From contig CAWETI010000003.1 in the NCBI GenBank assembly GCA_963812015.1, forward strand, positions 1,312,001 to 1,376,000: 64,000 nt of DNA, written 5' to 3'. Under the pieces are notes generated by a model. The model had not been told where the DNA came from, searched no databases, and saw nothing but the letters and a program-made list of their open reading frames with translations. The translations under genes and the position numbers were made by a program. Of the stretch, positions 1 through 9,152 are shown one piece after another. The first letter of the stretch is position 1, and every line of letters begins with the position of its first letter. The DNA is from an uncultured delta proteobacterium (lineage in GTDB: Bacteria; Desulfobacterota; Desulfobaccia; Desulfobaccales; 0-14-0-80-60-11).

Positions 1-545
1 AGCCCGAAGGGGCTGCCGATGGCAATGGCCCATTGCCCCACCTTAATTTGGGTGGAATCCGCCAGTCTTGCAGCTCTCAGGCCCGTGACCGGCACCTGGA
101 CCAGGGCGATGTCAAAGCGGGGGTTGGCCCCCACCAGCCGGCCGGTCACTTCCCGGCCGTCGCTCAGGTGCACCAGGAGCTGTTGGGACCCGGCCACCAC
201 GTGGTTGTTGGTGAGGATGTAGCCCCGGTTGTCGATGATGACCCCGGAGCCCTGGCCCACCATGCGCCGCTGGACGGGCTGGCCGCCGAACTCCCGGAAC
301 ATACCCTCAAACGGCGTGCCCCGGTAGAAATCCTCGGGAACGCCCATGGGCTGCACCGTCACCACCCGGATGGCCTTGAGGCTCACCACCGACGGCATCA
401 CCATCTCGGCCACCCGGATGAAGTCATCTTGCAGCCCCAGCGCACTGGCCGCCAAAGCCGGGGGCGGGGACGCCGGGCAGGTTGCCAGCAGCAGGGCCGC
501 GGCCAATGCCAGGGAAGTAAACCAATATCGCATAAGCAGACGCAT
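1..545 (-). CDS. HtrA/DegP-family trypsin-like serine protease, 5' part (runs off window start)
   Basis: Manual translation from ATG 545 (RBS AGGAGG): signal-peptide-like N-terminus, then GSGVIIDNRGYILTNNHVV...DIALV...GQWAIAIGSPFGL. Not in the ORF track because it is truncated. Confidence 0.9.
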   Translation of the reverse strand, partial: MRLLMRYWFTSLALAAALLLATCPASPPPALAASALGLQDDFIRVAEMVMPSVVSLKAIRVVTVQPMGVPEDFYRGTPFEGMFREFGGQPVQRRMVGQGSGVIIDNRGYILTNNHVVAGSQQLLVHLSDGREVTGRLVGANPRFDIALVQVPVTGLRAARLADSTQIKVGQWAIAIGSPFG

Positions 546-600
546 GTAAGTCCTCCTGTAGGGGCGCATCGTCCCCCATCTATCTGCCCCAATACCTTCG

Positions 601-1005
601 TTACATTAATAGCCGCGGCGGTTTCGGTTCGGGTGCAGGACGCGGCCCGATGACCTCAAGGACCTCCGCCGGGATCATTTTTTCGATCAGGGCCAAAAAC
701 GGCAACCCCCGGGCGGTGTCCAACCCGGCGTCGGGATCGAAATGCCGCACCCCCCCATCGCCGCCGATGGCCAGGGCTACGGCGGGGGCCGTCGGCTCCG
801 GCCGGGTCCAGAAGACCGAAAGATCGCAGGGGGCTCCAGGGGCGGAACCCGACCAGCCCACCAGGGTGTGGACTTCCCCATCGGGATATGCCAGGGCCAG
901 GGACGGGCCCCGCCAGAAGGGAGAGAGGACCGCCAGGCGCTGCCGGGGCAGGCCCTGGGCCACGTTGCTTCCGGGTTTGACTTCATATTCCAGATATTGA
1001 TTCAT
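601..1005 (-). CDS. hypothetical protein (134 aa)
   Basis: ORF fits the gap, co-oriented with its neighbours; no recognisable motif. Confidence 0.6.
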   Translation of the reverse strand: MNQYLEYEVKPGSNVAQGLPRQRLAVLSPFWRGPSLALAYPDGEVHTLVGWSGSAPGAPCDLSVFWTRPEPTAPAVALAIGGDGGVRHFDPDAGLDTARGLPFLALIEKMIPAEVLEVIGPRPAPEPKPPRLLM

Positions 1006-1138
1006 GTGGGTCTAAAGCTGCTCAGGATCAAGATGGAAATTACGCTTGGAACTATTAATTTTATCAAAAATAATCATTTTAAACGAGGCTGCCGCTGGGG
1101 AAAAATCGTCCTAAGCGATTCGGGCGAAATCGTCGTCC

Positions 1139-2098
1139 TTAATCTCCCTCCCGGCAATCGATGAGGACCTTCAGCACCCCGGGGCGCTGGGCCCAGGCCA
1201 GGGCCTCCAGGCCTTGGGCCAGGGGGAAGGTGCGGTCGATGAGGGGCCGGGGGTCCACCAGCCCGTCCCGGAGCAGGCGCAGGGCGCCGGCAAAGGGCCC
1301 GCAGCGGCACCCCACCAGGCGCACCTCGGGGACCACCAACGTGGCAGGGTCCAGGGGATACCGGCCCACAAAGGTGCTCTTCATGACCACCGTGCCCTGG
1401 GGCCGGACCCGCGTGAAGGCCAACTCCAGCCCCGAGGGGCTGCCGCTGGCTTCCACCACGAGGTCATAGTCCCCCGGGGGAAGATCGGCTGAGAGGTATG
1501 TGGCGATCCCCCGGGGCCGGGCCAGGGCCAGGTGCTCCGGATGATGCCCTGCCAGATGGATTTCGGCCCCGCTCAAGGCCAGGACCCAGGCAATCTGCAT
1601 TCCCAAGGAACCGTCCCCCACCACCAGGACCCGGGCCGCGGCCGACACGGGGGCAACTTCCTGGACTCGCAGGGCCGCGGCCAGGGGTTCGGTGAAGACC
1701 GCCAGGATATCCGGGATCTCAGGCGGCATGGCGTGGAGGTTGGCCCCGGGCAGGGTGAGGTGCGAGGCAAAGGCGCCGTCGTGGTCCTTGAGGCCCAGGA
1801 CCCGCCGCTGCCGGCAATGCCGGGCCAGGCCCCGGCGGCAGAAGTCGCAGACCCCGCAGCCGAGATTGATCTCTCCCACCACCCGCTGCCCCAGCCAGGG
1901 GGAATCCTTAGGCGCGGCCACCTCGCCCACGAACTCGTGCCCCATGATCCCCTGAAAACCGTGGTAGCCCCGCAAAACCTGGAGATCGGTGCCGCAGATC
2001 CCGGCCAGATGCACCTTTACGAGAGCCTCGCCGGGACCGGGTTCGGGCCGGGGCACTTCCTTTATCGCCGGTTGTCCGTCAAAGTAGAGGGCAAGCAT
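1139..2098 (-). CDS. Zn-dependent medium-chain alcohol dehydrogenase (MDR family)
   Basis: GICGTD, GHEFVG, CGVCDFC..C structural Zn site, EPLAAA, GDGSLG. Confidence 0.9.
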   Translation of the reverse strand: MLALYFDGQPAIKEVPRPEPGPGEALVKVHLAGICGTDLQVLRGYHGFQGIMGHEFVGEVAAPKDSPWLGQRVVGEINLGCGVCDFCRRGLARHCRQRRVLGLKDHDGAFASHLTLPGANLHAMPPEIPDILAVFTEPLAAALRVQEVAPVSAAARVLVVGDGSLGMQIAWVLALSGAEIHLAGHHPEHLALARPRGIATYLSADLPPGDYDLVVEASGSPSGLELAFTRVRPQGTVVMKSTFVGRYPLDPATLVVPEVRLVGCRCGPFAGALRLLRDGLVDPRPLIDRTFPLAQGLEALAWAQRPGVLKVLIDCREGD

Positions 2099-2219
2099 AA
2101 GAGCAATCAGCTTTCAGCCAAAAACACGACTGATTAAAGTCATTCCCTGTTTTCCAAGGTCTACCAAAGTACAGTGGTTCATAAAAGCGCTAACGTATTG
2201 CCCCGCTCAATCTGCTAAA

Positions 2220-2330
2220 GCAGGAGCTTGGGACAGGATTGCGTCCCCAAACAGGAGCTTGGGAACGAGAAGTAAATTTCCCCCTCTCCACCCGCTGGCG
2301 GGGGGAGAGGATAGGGGTGAGGGGGGTGAT
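2220..2330. repeat. cluster of short palindromic/REP-like intergenic repeats
   Basis: Duplicated CAGGAGCTTGGGA plus CCCCTCTCC...GGGGAGAGG...GGTGAGGGG hairpin. Confidence 0.6.
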
Positions 2331-2383
2331 ATCTAACGCAATCGCATTTATGAAAAACGGTGCTAAGGCCAAATTGCCAGGCC

Positions 2384-3520
2384 TCATGAGGCCGCCTCCT
2401 CCAACACCTCCAGGGTTTGGGCCACCGTGCTCTCCCAACTGAGGGCGGCCACTGCCCGGGTTGCGGCCTGGGCCACCACCGGGTCCCGGCCCCGGGTCAG
2501 GAAGGCCGCCAGGGCCTCCGTGAGACCGGCGATGTCGTCCGGATCCGGGATAATGGCGCCGTTATCCCCTGGGGTGATGAATTCCGCCGCGCCATTGGCC
2601 GCGGTGGTGATCGTAGGCGTCCCACAGCCCAGGGCTTCCAACACCACGTTGCTGCACGGGTCATAGATAGTGGGCAGGACCAGCACGGTGGCGGCCTGAT
2701 AGAACGGCGCGGTTTCGGCCACCGGTCCCCAGAATTTGACCCGGTCAGCCACCCCCAGGCCTTCCGCCGCCCGCTGGTATGACGCGATGTTGCCTTTGCC
2801 CACCACCCACAGATGAGCGCCTTTATCGGTTAGACTGCTGAAGGCCTGCAAAAGATAAGTCAAACCTTTGCGTTGAAAGCCCGATCCCACAAATAATACT
2901 ATTTCGCCAGCCTCCGGCGCCCCCAGGTCGCGGCGCAGAGCCGCCCGGGGCCCGGGCTCCAGGGGGAAAAAGCGCTTTCGATCCAGGCCGTTCACAATCA
3001 CCCGGACCCGGGCGGGGTCCACCCCATAGTGCCGGATAACTTCGTCCCGGACCTGGCGGGAGTTGGCGATCACCCGGCGCAGTCCCGGGTCGGTGAAGAG
3101 CCGCCTTTCCATGAGGAGCATCACCCGGTGAAAGGGGCTGAGGCGCTGGCCGGCCCGGGCCAGGGGGGAAAGATAAGGGGCGCGGCGCGCCAGCCACTCA
3201 CGGTGGCAGCCGTCCCCGGCGCGGTAGACCTGGGGGGCCGGCCCCCGCTCCAGGCTGAAAACCACCTGGGGTCCGGTCTGCTTGAGAAGGCGGCGACTAT
3301 GCATGGCGAAGGAGAGGAGACGGAGGGTCTTGCCGCCCCAAACGGGGACCCGGACGTAGGCCACCCCCGGCCCCAGCGCGGCCTGGGCCTCGGGTTCCCT
3401 GTCGGCGCCGTACACCGTCACTTCGTGCCCGGCCGCGGCCAGACCCCGAACCAGGTAACTCAGAGTGGTCTCGGCCCCGCCGAGGGCCGTGACCCGCTGT
3501 CGTAGGAGTGCGATTTTCAT
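2384..3520 (-). CDS. glycosyltransferase family 4 (WaaG/RfaG-like LPS core)
   Basis: GGAE N-terminal motif, FVGSGFQRKG, YDPCSNVVLEALGCG; LPS context. Confidence 0.9.
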   Translation of the reverse strand: MKIALLRQRVTALGGAETTLSYLVRGLAAAGHEVTVYGADREPEAQAALGPGVAYVRVPVWGGKTLRLLSFAMHSRRLLKQTGPQVVFSLERGPAPQVYRAGDGCHREWLARRAPYLSPLARAGQRLSPFHRVMLLMERRLFTDPGLRRVIANSRQVRDEVIRHYGVDPARVRVIVNGLDRKRFFPLEPGPRAALRRDLGAPEAGEIVLFVGSGFQRKGLTYLLQAFSSLTDKGAHLWVVGKGNIASYQRAAEGLGVADRVKFWGPVAETAPFYQAATVLVLPTIYDPCSNVVLEALGCGTPTITTAANGAAEFITPGDNGAIIPDPDDIAGLTEALAAFLTRGRDPVVAQAATRAVAALSWESTVAQTLEVLEEAAS

Positions 3521-3597
3521 GGATTATCTAGTGGTGGCACAGGCGTCTCGCCTGTGCCGGCGCAGGCTACAGCCTGCGGCTACAGCCTCTATTGATA

Positions 3598-3670
3598 AGG
3601 GGTTGGGGATGGGGGCTCGGGGGAAGGGGTAGGGGCGCTTACGAAAAAGCCCCTGGTCCCTTTCCCCAAA
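3598..3670. repeat. G/C-rich palindromic repeat, family A
   Basis: GGGGTTGGGGATGGGGG...GGGGAAGGGG...AAAAAGCCCCT...TTTCCCCAA; near copy at 33924-33995 and inverted copy at about 51858-51942. Confidence 0.75.
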
Positions 3671-3688
3671 ATCCTTTATCACCCTCCC

Positions 3689-4183
3689 CTAAACCCCGCC
3701 CTTGAGTTCGGCGATCGCGGCCTGCTCGAAGGCGACGGCCTTGTCCGACCGGGGCACCGAGGCCGGGCCCTGGATCACCCGTTGGGCCGAGGAGGTGTCT
3801 TGTTTGACTTTGGTAACCTGCATCTCCCAGATGGCCATGGCGTCGCTCATGGCCATGGGCTCTTTGACCAGACGCATAAGGCCCTGGATGCCCATGACTA
3901 GGTCGTCGGCCGCGATGATTTGCAGGGAGACCCGACCGTCCCGGCGCAGATTGGCGGAAGTGGAGGAGTTCCGGAGTAGGGCCACCCGCAGAGTTTTCTC
4001 ATCCTGGGCGTAGATGAGGGAAACGGGGCAGGTGTTGGGGGCGCCGTCGTCTCCCACGGTCCCGGCCACCACGATGATCCGGTTGGGGTTCTGGTTGAAT
4101 AAAGCCATCAGGTCAATGATCTGCTCTTCCCCGGGCTTGCGGGCCACGTTGACCTTCAGTCCATCTCCCACTACTCTGGCCAT
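3689..4183 (-). CDS. pyridoxamine 5'-phosphate oxidase-like FMN-binding protein
   Basis: GTVGDDGAPN..PVS, TSANLRRDGRVSL pattern. Confidence 0.7.
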   Translation of the reverse strand: MARVVGDGLKVNVARKPGEEQIIDLMALFNQNPNRIIVVAGTVGDDGAPNTCPVSLIYAQDEKTLRVALLRNSSTSANLRRDGRVSLQIIAADDLVMGIQGLMRLVKEPMAMSDAMAIWEMQVTKVKQDTSSAQRVIQGPASVPRSDKAVAFEQAAIAELKGGV

Positions 4184-4305
4184 GGTTCCCCCTTATAGTC
4201 GTAATTTTTTATATCTATTAGGTCTTAATTCCTAATAATAGACCCGATAAGTCTATTCTTTGGCCTGTGCAGGCGGGGCCCTTGGTCCCGCCTGCACAGG
4301 CCATC

Positions 4306-5415
4306 TTACACGGGTTGGGAGGGGGGTGTGGGGGGAGGGCAGGGAGCTGGCTCCCTGGTCTTCCCCCCGCTAACCCATTCTTGCATGCGGGCCAAGACTT
4401 CCGCCGGGGTCAGTTCCCCCAGGCAGCGGCTGATCTTGGACCCCTGGCAGCCGTCCCGGCCGCAGGGCAGGCAATCCCAGTCCTTTTTGATCACCAGGTG
4501 GCCCTCGCCCCAGGGGCCCCAGTTGAACACCCCGCTGGGGCCGAAGAGCCCCACCGCCGGGGTGTTCACCGCCGCGGCCAGGTGCATGGGGGCGCTGTCC
4601 ATGCCGAAGAAGAGGCGGGCTTTACTGATGAGGGCCCCCAGCTCCTTCAGGCTCAGGCGGCCCGCCAGGTCGATGGGCGCGGCCCGGCACTCCTGATGCA
4701 CCGCGGCCAAGAGCTCCTGTTCATGGGGGGACCGGGTCCCGGTGAGGACCGTGGTCAGGCCCCACTCCTCTTGGAAAAACTCGATCACCCGGGCATATCC
4801 CGGGGGAGTCCAGCATTTGAAGCTCCAGCCGGCCCCGGGATGCATCACCGCAAAGGGCTTCTCGGCCAGTCCCAGGGATGCCAGCAGGTTTCGTATTTTC
4901 TGTTCCACCTGGTCATCCCAAAAAAACTGTAACCGGGGCTTTACGGGTTCGATCCCCAAGGACCGCACGGCCGCCAAATTCTGGTCCACCATGTGCATTT
5001 TCACCGGCGGGCGGGGCAGGAGCCGGGTGAAACAGCCGTGGCGCTGCCAGAAAGGCTGCCGGGGGTGAGCGAAGCCGAGTCGTTCCCGGGCCCCGGAGAG
5101 CCACGAGTAAATGGCGCCCCGGTCGCCCCCGGACAGTTCCAGTACCAGGTCGAAGCGTTGCCGCCTGAGGTCTCGGATGAACCTGAGGGCCTGCCCCCAG
5201 GTCTCGTTCCGCCGGTCCGCCACCATGAGGCCGTCCAGCCCCGGGTGGCCGGAGACCATATCCTCGGTGCCCTTAGGGACCAGGTAGGTCACGCGGCTCT
5301 CGGGCCAGGCCTCTTTCAAAGCGCCGATCACCGGGGTGCTCACCAAAACGTCCCCCGGTTGCTTGAGCTTGATCACCAGGATGCGGTTATAACTCGGGGT
5401 CGGCATCGCGGGCAT
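4306..5415 (-). CDS. LPS heptosyltransferase (GT9), WaaQ/RfaQ-like
   Basis: ILVIKLKQPGDV, HPGAGWSFKCW, DSAPMHLAAA, LFGPS; start may be 5406. Confidence 0.85.
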   Translation of the reverse strand: MPAMPTPSYNRILVIKLKQPGDVLVSTPVIGALKEAWPESRVTYLVPKGTEDMVSGHPGLDGLMVADRRNETWGQALRFIRDLRRQRFDLVLELSGGDRGAIYSWLSGARERLGFAHPRQPFWQRHGCFTRLLPRPPVKMHMVDQNLAAVRSLGIEPVKPRLQFFWDDQVEQKIRNLLASLGLAEKPFAVMHPGAGWSFKCWTPPGYARVIEFFQEEWGLTTVLTGTRSPHEQELLAAVHQECRAAPIDLAGRLSLKELGALISKARLFFGMDSAPMHLAAAVNTPAVGLFGPSGVFNWGPWGEGHLVIKKDWDCLPCGRDGCQGSKISRCLGELTPAEVLARMQEWVSGGKTREPAPCPPPTPPSQPV

Positions 5416-6190
5416 CTTTGGGGCCCATGGCCACGCCCCGTTTGGCGGCCCGGATGAATTCCAGCAGGTGGGCCACTTCCGGGGTCAGGGGCACCTCCTG
5501 CTCCACCTGTGTCAGCCTTGCCTTGAGATTGCCCCGGCGGGAGAACAGGAGGCGGAAGGCCTGGCGCAGGGCGGCAATGTTTTGGGAAGCCACCCCGGCC
5601 CGCTTCAACCCCACGATATTGACCCCCTTGACGGTGTGGGTGTCGTCAATGATGGAGAAGGGCGGAATATCCCGGGAGGCCCGGGAGCCGCCCCGCATGA
5701 TGGCCAGGGTGCCCACCCGGATGAACTGGTGCAGGAGACAGTTGGCCGAAATAAAGGCCCGGTCCGCCACCTCGACGTAGCCTCCCACCAAGGCGCCGTT
5801 GACCACCACCACGCGATTGCCCAGGGAGGAGTTGTGGGCCATATGGCTCAAGGCCATGAGAAAATTGTGGTTGCCCACCCGGGTGGCGCTGCCGGGCTTG
5901 GTGCCCCGGTGAATGGTGACGTACTCCCGGATAAGGTTGTGGTCGCCGATGAGGGTGTAGCTCTCTTCCCCCGTAAAGGCGTAATCCTGGGGGTCGTAGC
6001 CCACGATGGCCCCGAAGCCGATGAGGTTGTGCTCGCCGATGGTGGTGTAGGGGCCAATATAGGCGTGGGCCAGGATGCGGGTGCCGGCGCCGATTTGGCT
6101 GGGGCCGTCAATGATCACCCCCGGCCCGACTTCAACATCCGGCGCCAGTTCCACCCCCGGGGCGATCTTGGCGCTGGGGTCAATGGCCAT
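5387..6190 (-). CDS. lpxA: acyl-ACP--UDP-N-acetylglucosamine O-acyltransferase
   Basis: Hexapeptide repeats, PQD, IREYVTIHRGT, HMAHN, HQF; start taken at MAIDPSAKI. Confidence 0.9.
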   Translation of the reverse strand: MAIDPSAKIAPGVELAPDVEVGPGVIIDGPSQIGAGTRILAHAYIGPYTTIGEHNLIGFGAIVGYDPQDYAFTGEESYTLIGDHNLIREYVTIHRGTKPGSATRVGNHNFLMALSHMAHNSSLGNRVVVVNGALVGGYVEVADRAFISANCLLHQFIRVGTLAIMRGGSRASRDIPPFSIIDDTHTVKGVNIVGLKRAGVASQNIAALRQAFRLLFSRRGNLKARLTQVEQEVPLTPEVAHLLEFIRAAKRGVAMGPKDARDADPEL

Positions 6191-6944
6191 TGAGGTTCCT
6201 CCCCCGGGCAAGTTCCCGGAGATAGTAATATTTCAGAAACTTGTACATGCTCATGAGCACCGCCAGGGTATAGCCCGGCGTGCCTTCCAGAAACCCCAGG
6301 CGGATAAAATAAAGATGGAAAAAGGAGAAAAAGGGCCTGACGAATAATTCTCCCGGATAGGGGCGCCGCCCGGCTTTGGCAAGTTCCTGGGCCGCCAGGC
6401 GGGCGTAGCGGTCCATACGGGTGACGTATTCGCTGACGCTCCGGTAGCTGTAATGCTCGAGGGGGGTCGTCAAAGTCCCCACAGGCCCGGCCACCACCAC
6501 CTCTTCGTGGACCTCCCGGTCCCGGAAACGGCCCTGGCCCCGGCGGAAAAGGCGCAGGGTGTAATCGGGGTACCAGCCCAAATGTCTTATCCACCGGCCG
6601 CAAAAGTAGTTCTTCCGGGGCACCCGGTAGCCGTCCAGAGGGCTGTCGGCCCGGACTACCGCCAGGATTTCTTCCCGCAGGGCCGGCGGCACCCGCTCGT
6701 CCGTATCCAGACTGAAGACCCAGTCGCCCCAGGCCTGGTCCAGGGCAAAGTTCTTGGTGCGGCCAAAGCCCTCCCAAGGGGCATCAATCACCCGGTCGGT
6801 ATAGGCCCGGGTCAGCTCCACGGTGCGGTCGGTGCTGCCGGTGTCCACCACCACGATGTCGTCGGCGAAGCTGACGGATTCCAGGCAGGGGCCGATGTTG
6901 GCCTCCTGGTTCAGGGCGATGATGATGACGGAGAGTTGGGGCAT
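6180..6944 (-). CDS. glycosyltransferase family 2 (WaaE/KdtX-like)
   Basis: VVDTGSTDRT, LDTDE, GWYPD..RLF, VHE, LEHYSY. Confidence 0.9.
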   Translation of the reverse strand: MPQLSVIIIALNQEANIGPCLESVSFADDIVVVDTGSTDRTVELTRAYTDRVIDAPWEGFGRTKNFALDQAWGDWVFSLDTDERVPPALREEILAVVRADSPLDGYRVPRKNYFCGRWIRHLGWYPDYTLRLFRRGQGRFRDREVHEEVVVAGPVGTLTTPLEHYSYRSVSEYVTRMDRYARLAAQELAKAGRRPYPGELFVRPFFSFFHLYFIRLGFLEGTPGYTLAVLMSMYKFLKYYYLRELARGRNLNGH

Positions 6945-6949
6945 GGTTT

Positions 6950-7030
6950 AGTAGTCAGTTGCCAGCAATCAGTGGTCAGTTGTCAGTTGGTGCATTTTCT
7001 GGAAACTGGCAACTGACCACTGACTACTGC
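6950..7030. repeat. inverted heptamer repeat array (CAGTNGT / ACNACTG)
   Basis: CAGTTGCCAG..CAGTGGTCAGTTGTCAGTT ... AACTGGCAACTGACCACTGACTACTG. Confidence 0.75.
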
Positions 7031-7197
7031 TTTAAAGGTTTGGCCTCGTCGATGAGCATGATGGGGATGTCGTCCTTGATTTCATAGACCAGGCGGCAGG
7101 TCTCGCAGATGAGGCCGTCGCCTTTATCGTTGAGGCGAATGTCCCCCTTGCACTTGGGGCAGGCCAAAATTTCCAGCAGTTCTTTGCTTATGGGCAT
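7024..7197 (-). CDS. Trm112 family protein (YcaR-like), 57 aa
   Basis: Manual translation MPISKELLEILACPKCKGDIRLNDKGDGLICETCRLVYEIKDDIPIMLIDEAKPLKQ; AAGGAG RBS; below the ORF-track cutoff. Confidence 0.9.
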   Translation of the reverse strand: MPISKELLEILACPKCKGDIRLNDKGDGLICETCRLVYEIKDDIPIMLIDEAKPLKQ

Positions 7198-7211
7198 GAT
7201 GTCTCCTTAAA

Positions 7212-8159
7212 TTAAATTTTTGGACGTTTGAGACTGCTAAATAGCCCAGCAATTTGGTGGTCTTGAGGAGCATCGAAAGTAACTTTATATAGGCAAAGAC
7301 TCATCCCCACCTTCCCAGTTATAATTGATGGAGAGGAAAATGCTCCGGGACCAATTAACCATGGTGTAAAAGAAACCCTAATAAGTTGTTTGTTTATCTC
7401 TATTTTTAATTCTGCGACTGCTTTTCTATGTGAAATGTATTTTACACGCAAAGGATGGGTCTGTGCCAAGGGTGGGGGAGGTATTAAAATACTCATACAA
7501 TCTTGTCCTACCAAAGGATTAATTTTTGAAATTTCCTGTATTACACCAACTATAATTGCCTCAGCTTCCTTAATATTATTATGGGATAATTGATTAATTA
7601 AATATTCAATAGTTTTATTATTTATATTGGATGGTGGAAAAGCACTTATGGCAAATTTGTTACCGTGAAATGCATAACGTTCGGTGGACTTAAACATAAA
7701 ATCGATTTTGCCTGGAGGCTTTTCGAGCCAAGCGATAATTGGCCTGAATCCTTTGCGTCCCCACAACCAGCCAGCAAAAGATAGATAGAAACGACTATTA
7801 ATCCACTGGCTCCTTAATTCAGGTTTCATATCAGAAATTGCCTTCTTGCTTAATGATTCTCTTAAAATATTTATAGCTGGACCAATGTGAATAATTTTTG
7901 TCTTTCCAAAACCCATTGCAGGTGGCTTATTATCATTTATAAAACTTCTACCTATAAGTATTTCAGAAAGCCATTGATCCGTTGGTATCTTCCCGATGAA
8001 CGCATGGCCAGTATAAGAAATTGATAAAATACCATTTAGTGCACAAAATATAATACTTTTATTAGCAAGTTCATCAAATTTATTAGAAGATTTTGTAACA
8101 AGCCGGTCGGAAATTTGAAGAACTTGATATTTAGATGCATTTGAGATAATCAATGTCAT
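7212..8159 (-). CDS. AT-rich orphan protein, putative proteasome-beta/HslV-like Ntn hydrolase
   Basis: After Met removal: Thr1, Asp17 (SDRLVT), Thr21, Lys33, and Gly near position 50; markedly AT-rich relative to flanks. Confidence 0.6.
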   Translation of the reverse strand: MTLIISNASKYQVLQISDRLVTKSSNKFDELANKSIIFCALNGILSISYTGHAFIGKIPTDQWLSEILIGRSFINDNKPPAMGFGKTKIIHIGPAINILRESLSKKAISDMKPELRSQWINSRFYLSFAGWLWGRKGFRPIIAWLEKPPGKIDFMFKSTERYAFHGNKFAISAFPPSNINNKTIEYLINQLSHNNIKEAEAIIVGVIQEISKINPLVGQDCMSILIPPPPLAQTHPLRVKYISHRKAVAELKIEINKQLIRVSFTPWLIGPGAFSSPSIITGKVGMSLCLYKVTFDAPQDHQIAGLFSSLKRPKI

Positions 8160-8209
8160 TATAGATAGTCTCTATTCCTAAAAAATATTCTATTTAAAAT
8201 TATAAAAAA

Positions 8210-8944
8210 CTAACTCATATACCAGCCGCCGTTGACGTTGATGGTCTGGCCGGTGATGTAACCGTTTTGGGCCAGCATGACGGCCACCGCGGCCACTTCG
8301 TCCGGAGCGCCGAAGCGCCCCACCGGGATGAGATCCGGCTTGACCGTGAGATTGCCGGTCACCATCTCCGTTTCGATCAGGGCCGGAGCCAAGGCGTTGA
8401 CCGTGACGCCTTCTTTAAAGAGATGCCGGGCGTAGGAATGGGTCAGGCCCAACAGCCCCGCCTTGGACGCGGCATAGTGGGGCCCGGTGACGCCCCCGGT
8501 TTGGGCGGCCACAGACGAGACAAACAAGATCCGCCCCCAGCCCCGGGACCGCATGCCGGCCAAAACCTGCTGGGTCACCAGAAAGGCGGATTTCAGGTTC
8601 ACCGCCAGCATCTCGTCCCAGTCCGCCTCGGTGATGTCCGCCAGGGGTTTCTGGCTGACGATGCCGGCATTGTTCACCAGGATATCCACCGGCCCCAGGT
8701 CCAATTCGATGCTAGCCACCATGCGGGCCACCGCCGCGGACCGGGCGACATTGGCCTTCACCGGCAGAGCCCGGGCGCCGCGCCGGTGAATCTCATTGCA
8801 GGTTGCTCGGGCGTCGGCCTTCCGGCTCCGGTAGTTCACCGCCACGTCGGCCCCGGCTTCCCCCAGGGCGATGGCGATGGCCCGGCCGATGCCCCGGGAG
8901 GCCCCGGTCACCAGGGCGACTTTGCCGGTTAGATCGTCAAGCAT
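8210..8944 (-). CDS. SDR family oxidoreductase (FabG-like)
   Basis: TGASRGIG, NNAG, YAASK. Confidence 0.9.
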   Translation of the reverse strand: MLDDLTGKVALVTGASRGIGRAIAIALGEAGADVAVNYRSRKADARATCNEIHRRGARALPVKANVARSAAVARMVASIELDLGPVDILVNNAGIVSQKPLADITEADWDEMLAVNLKSAFLVTQQVLAGMRSRGWGRILFVSSVAAQTGGVTGPHYAASKAGLLGLTHSYARHLFKEGVTVNALAPALIETEMVTGNLTVKPDLIPVGRFGAPDEVAAVAVMLAQNGYITGQTINVNGGWYMS

Positions 8945-9027
8945 TTTCCGTTCTCCCCATACGTAAAGGAGTGCTCAAAATAGCCCTAAGATGGTAACCG
9001 CAGGCTTTTGCGGGAGAAGCCTCTGAA

Positions 9028-9103
9028 AAATCCCCCTAAATCTCCCTTTGCCAAAGGGGGATTTCCCACTATCCCCCCTTTTCTCAAGGGGGGCAGAGGG
9101 ATT
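9028..9103. repeat. palindromic repeat, family B (AAATCCCCCTAAATC..CCTTTG..AAAGGGGG)
   Basis: Related copies at about 51952-51986 and 63427-63502. Confidence 0.75.
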
Positions 9104-9152
9104 ATGAATCCACACAGGATGCCCGGAAAACTTCTCAACCATCCTCATAGTA

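Noticed and set aside
6950..7030. Short repeat arrays considered as a CRISPR array (also 59297-59390 and 63282-63720)
   Set aside because: 7-8-nt units with no unique spacers and no cas genes
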